A DNA stretch of 63,828 nt, the filler included, from Vicugna vicugna (taxonomy: Eukaryota): the NCBI GenBank assembly GCA_013265495.1. It is 78 parts of 75 records of this genome, joined end to end, with 100 filler letters (N's around TTAATTAATTAA, not from the genome) between each part and the next. Parts side by side here need not be neighbours in the genome. Positions count along the whole stretch, not along the records: positions 63,583 to 63,828 come from MU063565.1; 77 more parts are not named here. The stretch is one strand, 5' to 3'. The translations under genes were made by a program, and so were the position numbers. The notes beneath the pieces were generated by a model. It saw only the letters and a program-made list of their open reading frames with translations, searched no databases and was not told where the DNA came from. This document shows positions 63,583 to 63,828 of this stretch, piece by piece. Position 1 is the first letter of the stretch, and each line of letters starts with the position of its first letter.

Positions 63583-63828
63583 TAGAACACAGAATATAGA
63601 ATATAGAATACGGAATCCAGAATATAGTATACAGAATATATAATCTAGAACACAGAATATAGAATATGGAAAACATAATACAAAACCCAGAATTGAGAAT
63701 ATGGAATGTAGAAAACTGTATTTAGAATATAGAAAGGAGTATACTGAATATAGAAATTCAATATAGAATGTAGAACACAGAATTGAGTATATAGAATAAA
63801 GAATACTGAATATAGAATTTAGAATATA
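63583..63828. repeat. Satellite family E
   Basis: 7-bp GAA periodicity to the window end. Confidence 0.9.

Overview
This window is not a contiguous locus. It is an artificial concatenation of 78 small unplaced scaffolds (about 0.16-1.2 kb each, many with internal N gaps) joined by 77 identical 100-bp linkers (44 N + TTAATTAATTAA + 44 N), so adjacency between scaffolds has no biological meaning. The DNA is mammalian and most likely camelid, judged from a Vic-1-type tRNA SINE, a camelid-type L1 3' end and a 267-bp satellite (recognised from memory, not searched). 35 of the 78 scaffolds are tandem satellite DNA, in five families I label A-E: A, a homogeneous CpG-rich 267-bp monomer; C, diverged 261-267-bp monomers homologous to A in a fixed order; B, a ~248-bp monomer; D, an AT-rich ~739-bp trimer of ~246-bp monomers homologous to B; E, a 7-bp (TAGAATA)n repeat with a ~189-bp super-period. 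The rest are L1, LTR, SINE, MIR and L2 fragments and anonymous sequence. No intact protein-coding gene is present. Gene-derived pieces are a processed LGALS1 pseudogene, two diverged intron-retaining copies of the TRAPPC9 first coding exon, and a frameshifted ANO6-like exon with intact splice sites. I find no evidence of a new multi-gene system. The most interesting signals are the relationships among the satellite families, the amplified TRAPPC9 fragment, the ANO6-like relic and two anonymous multicopy sequences.
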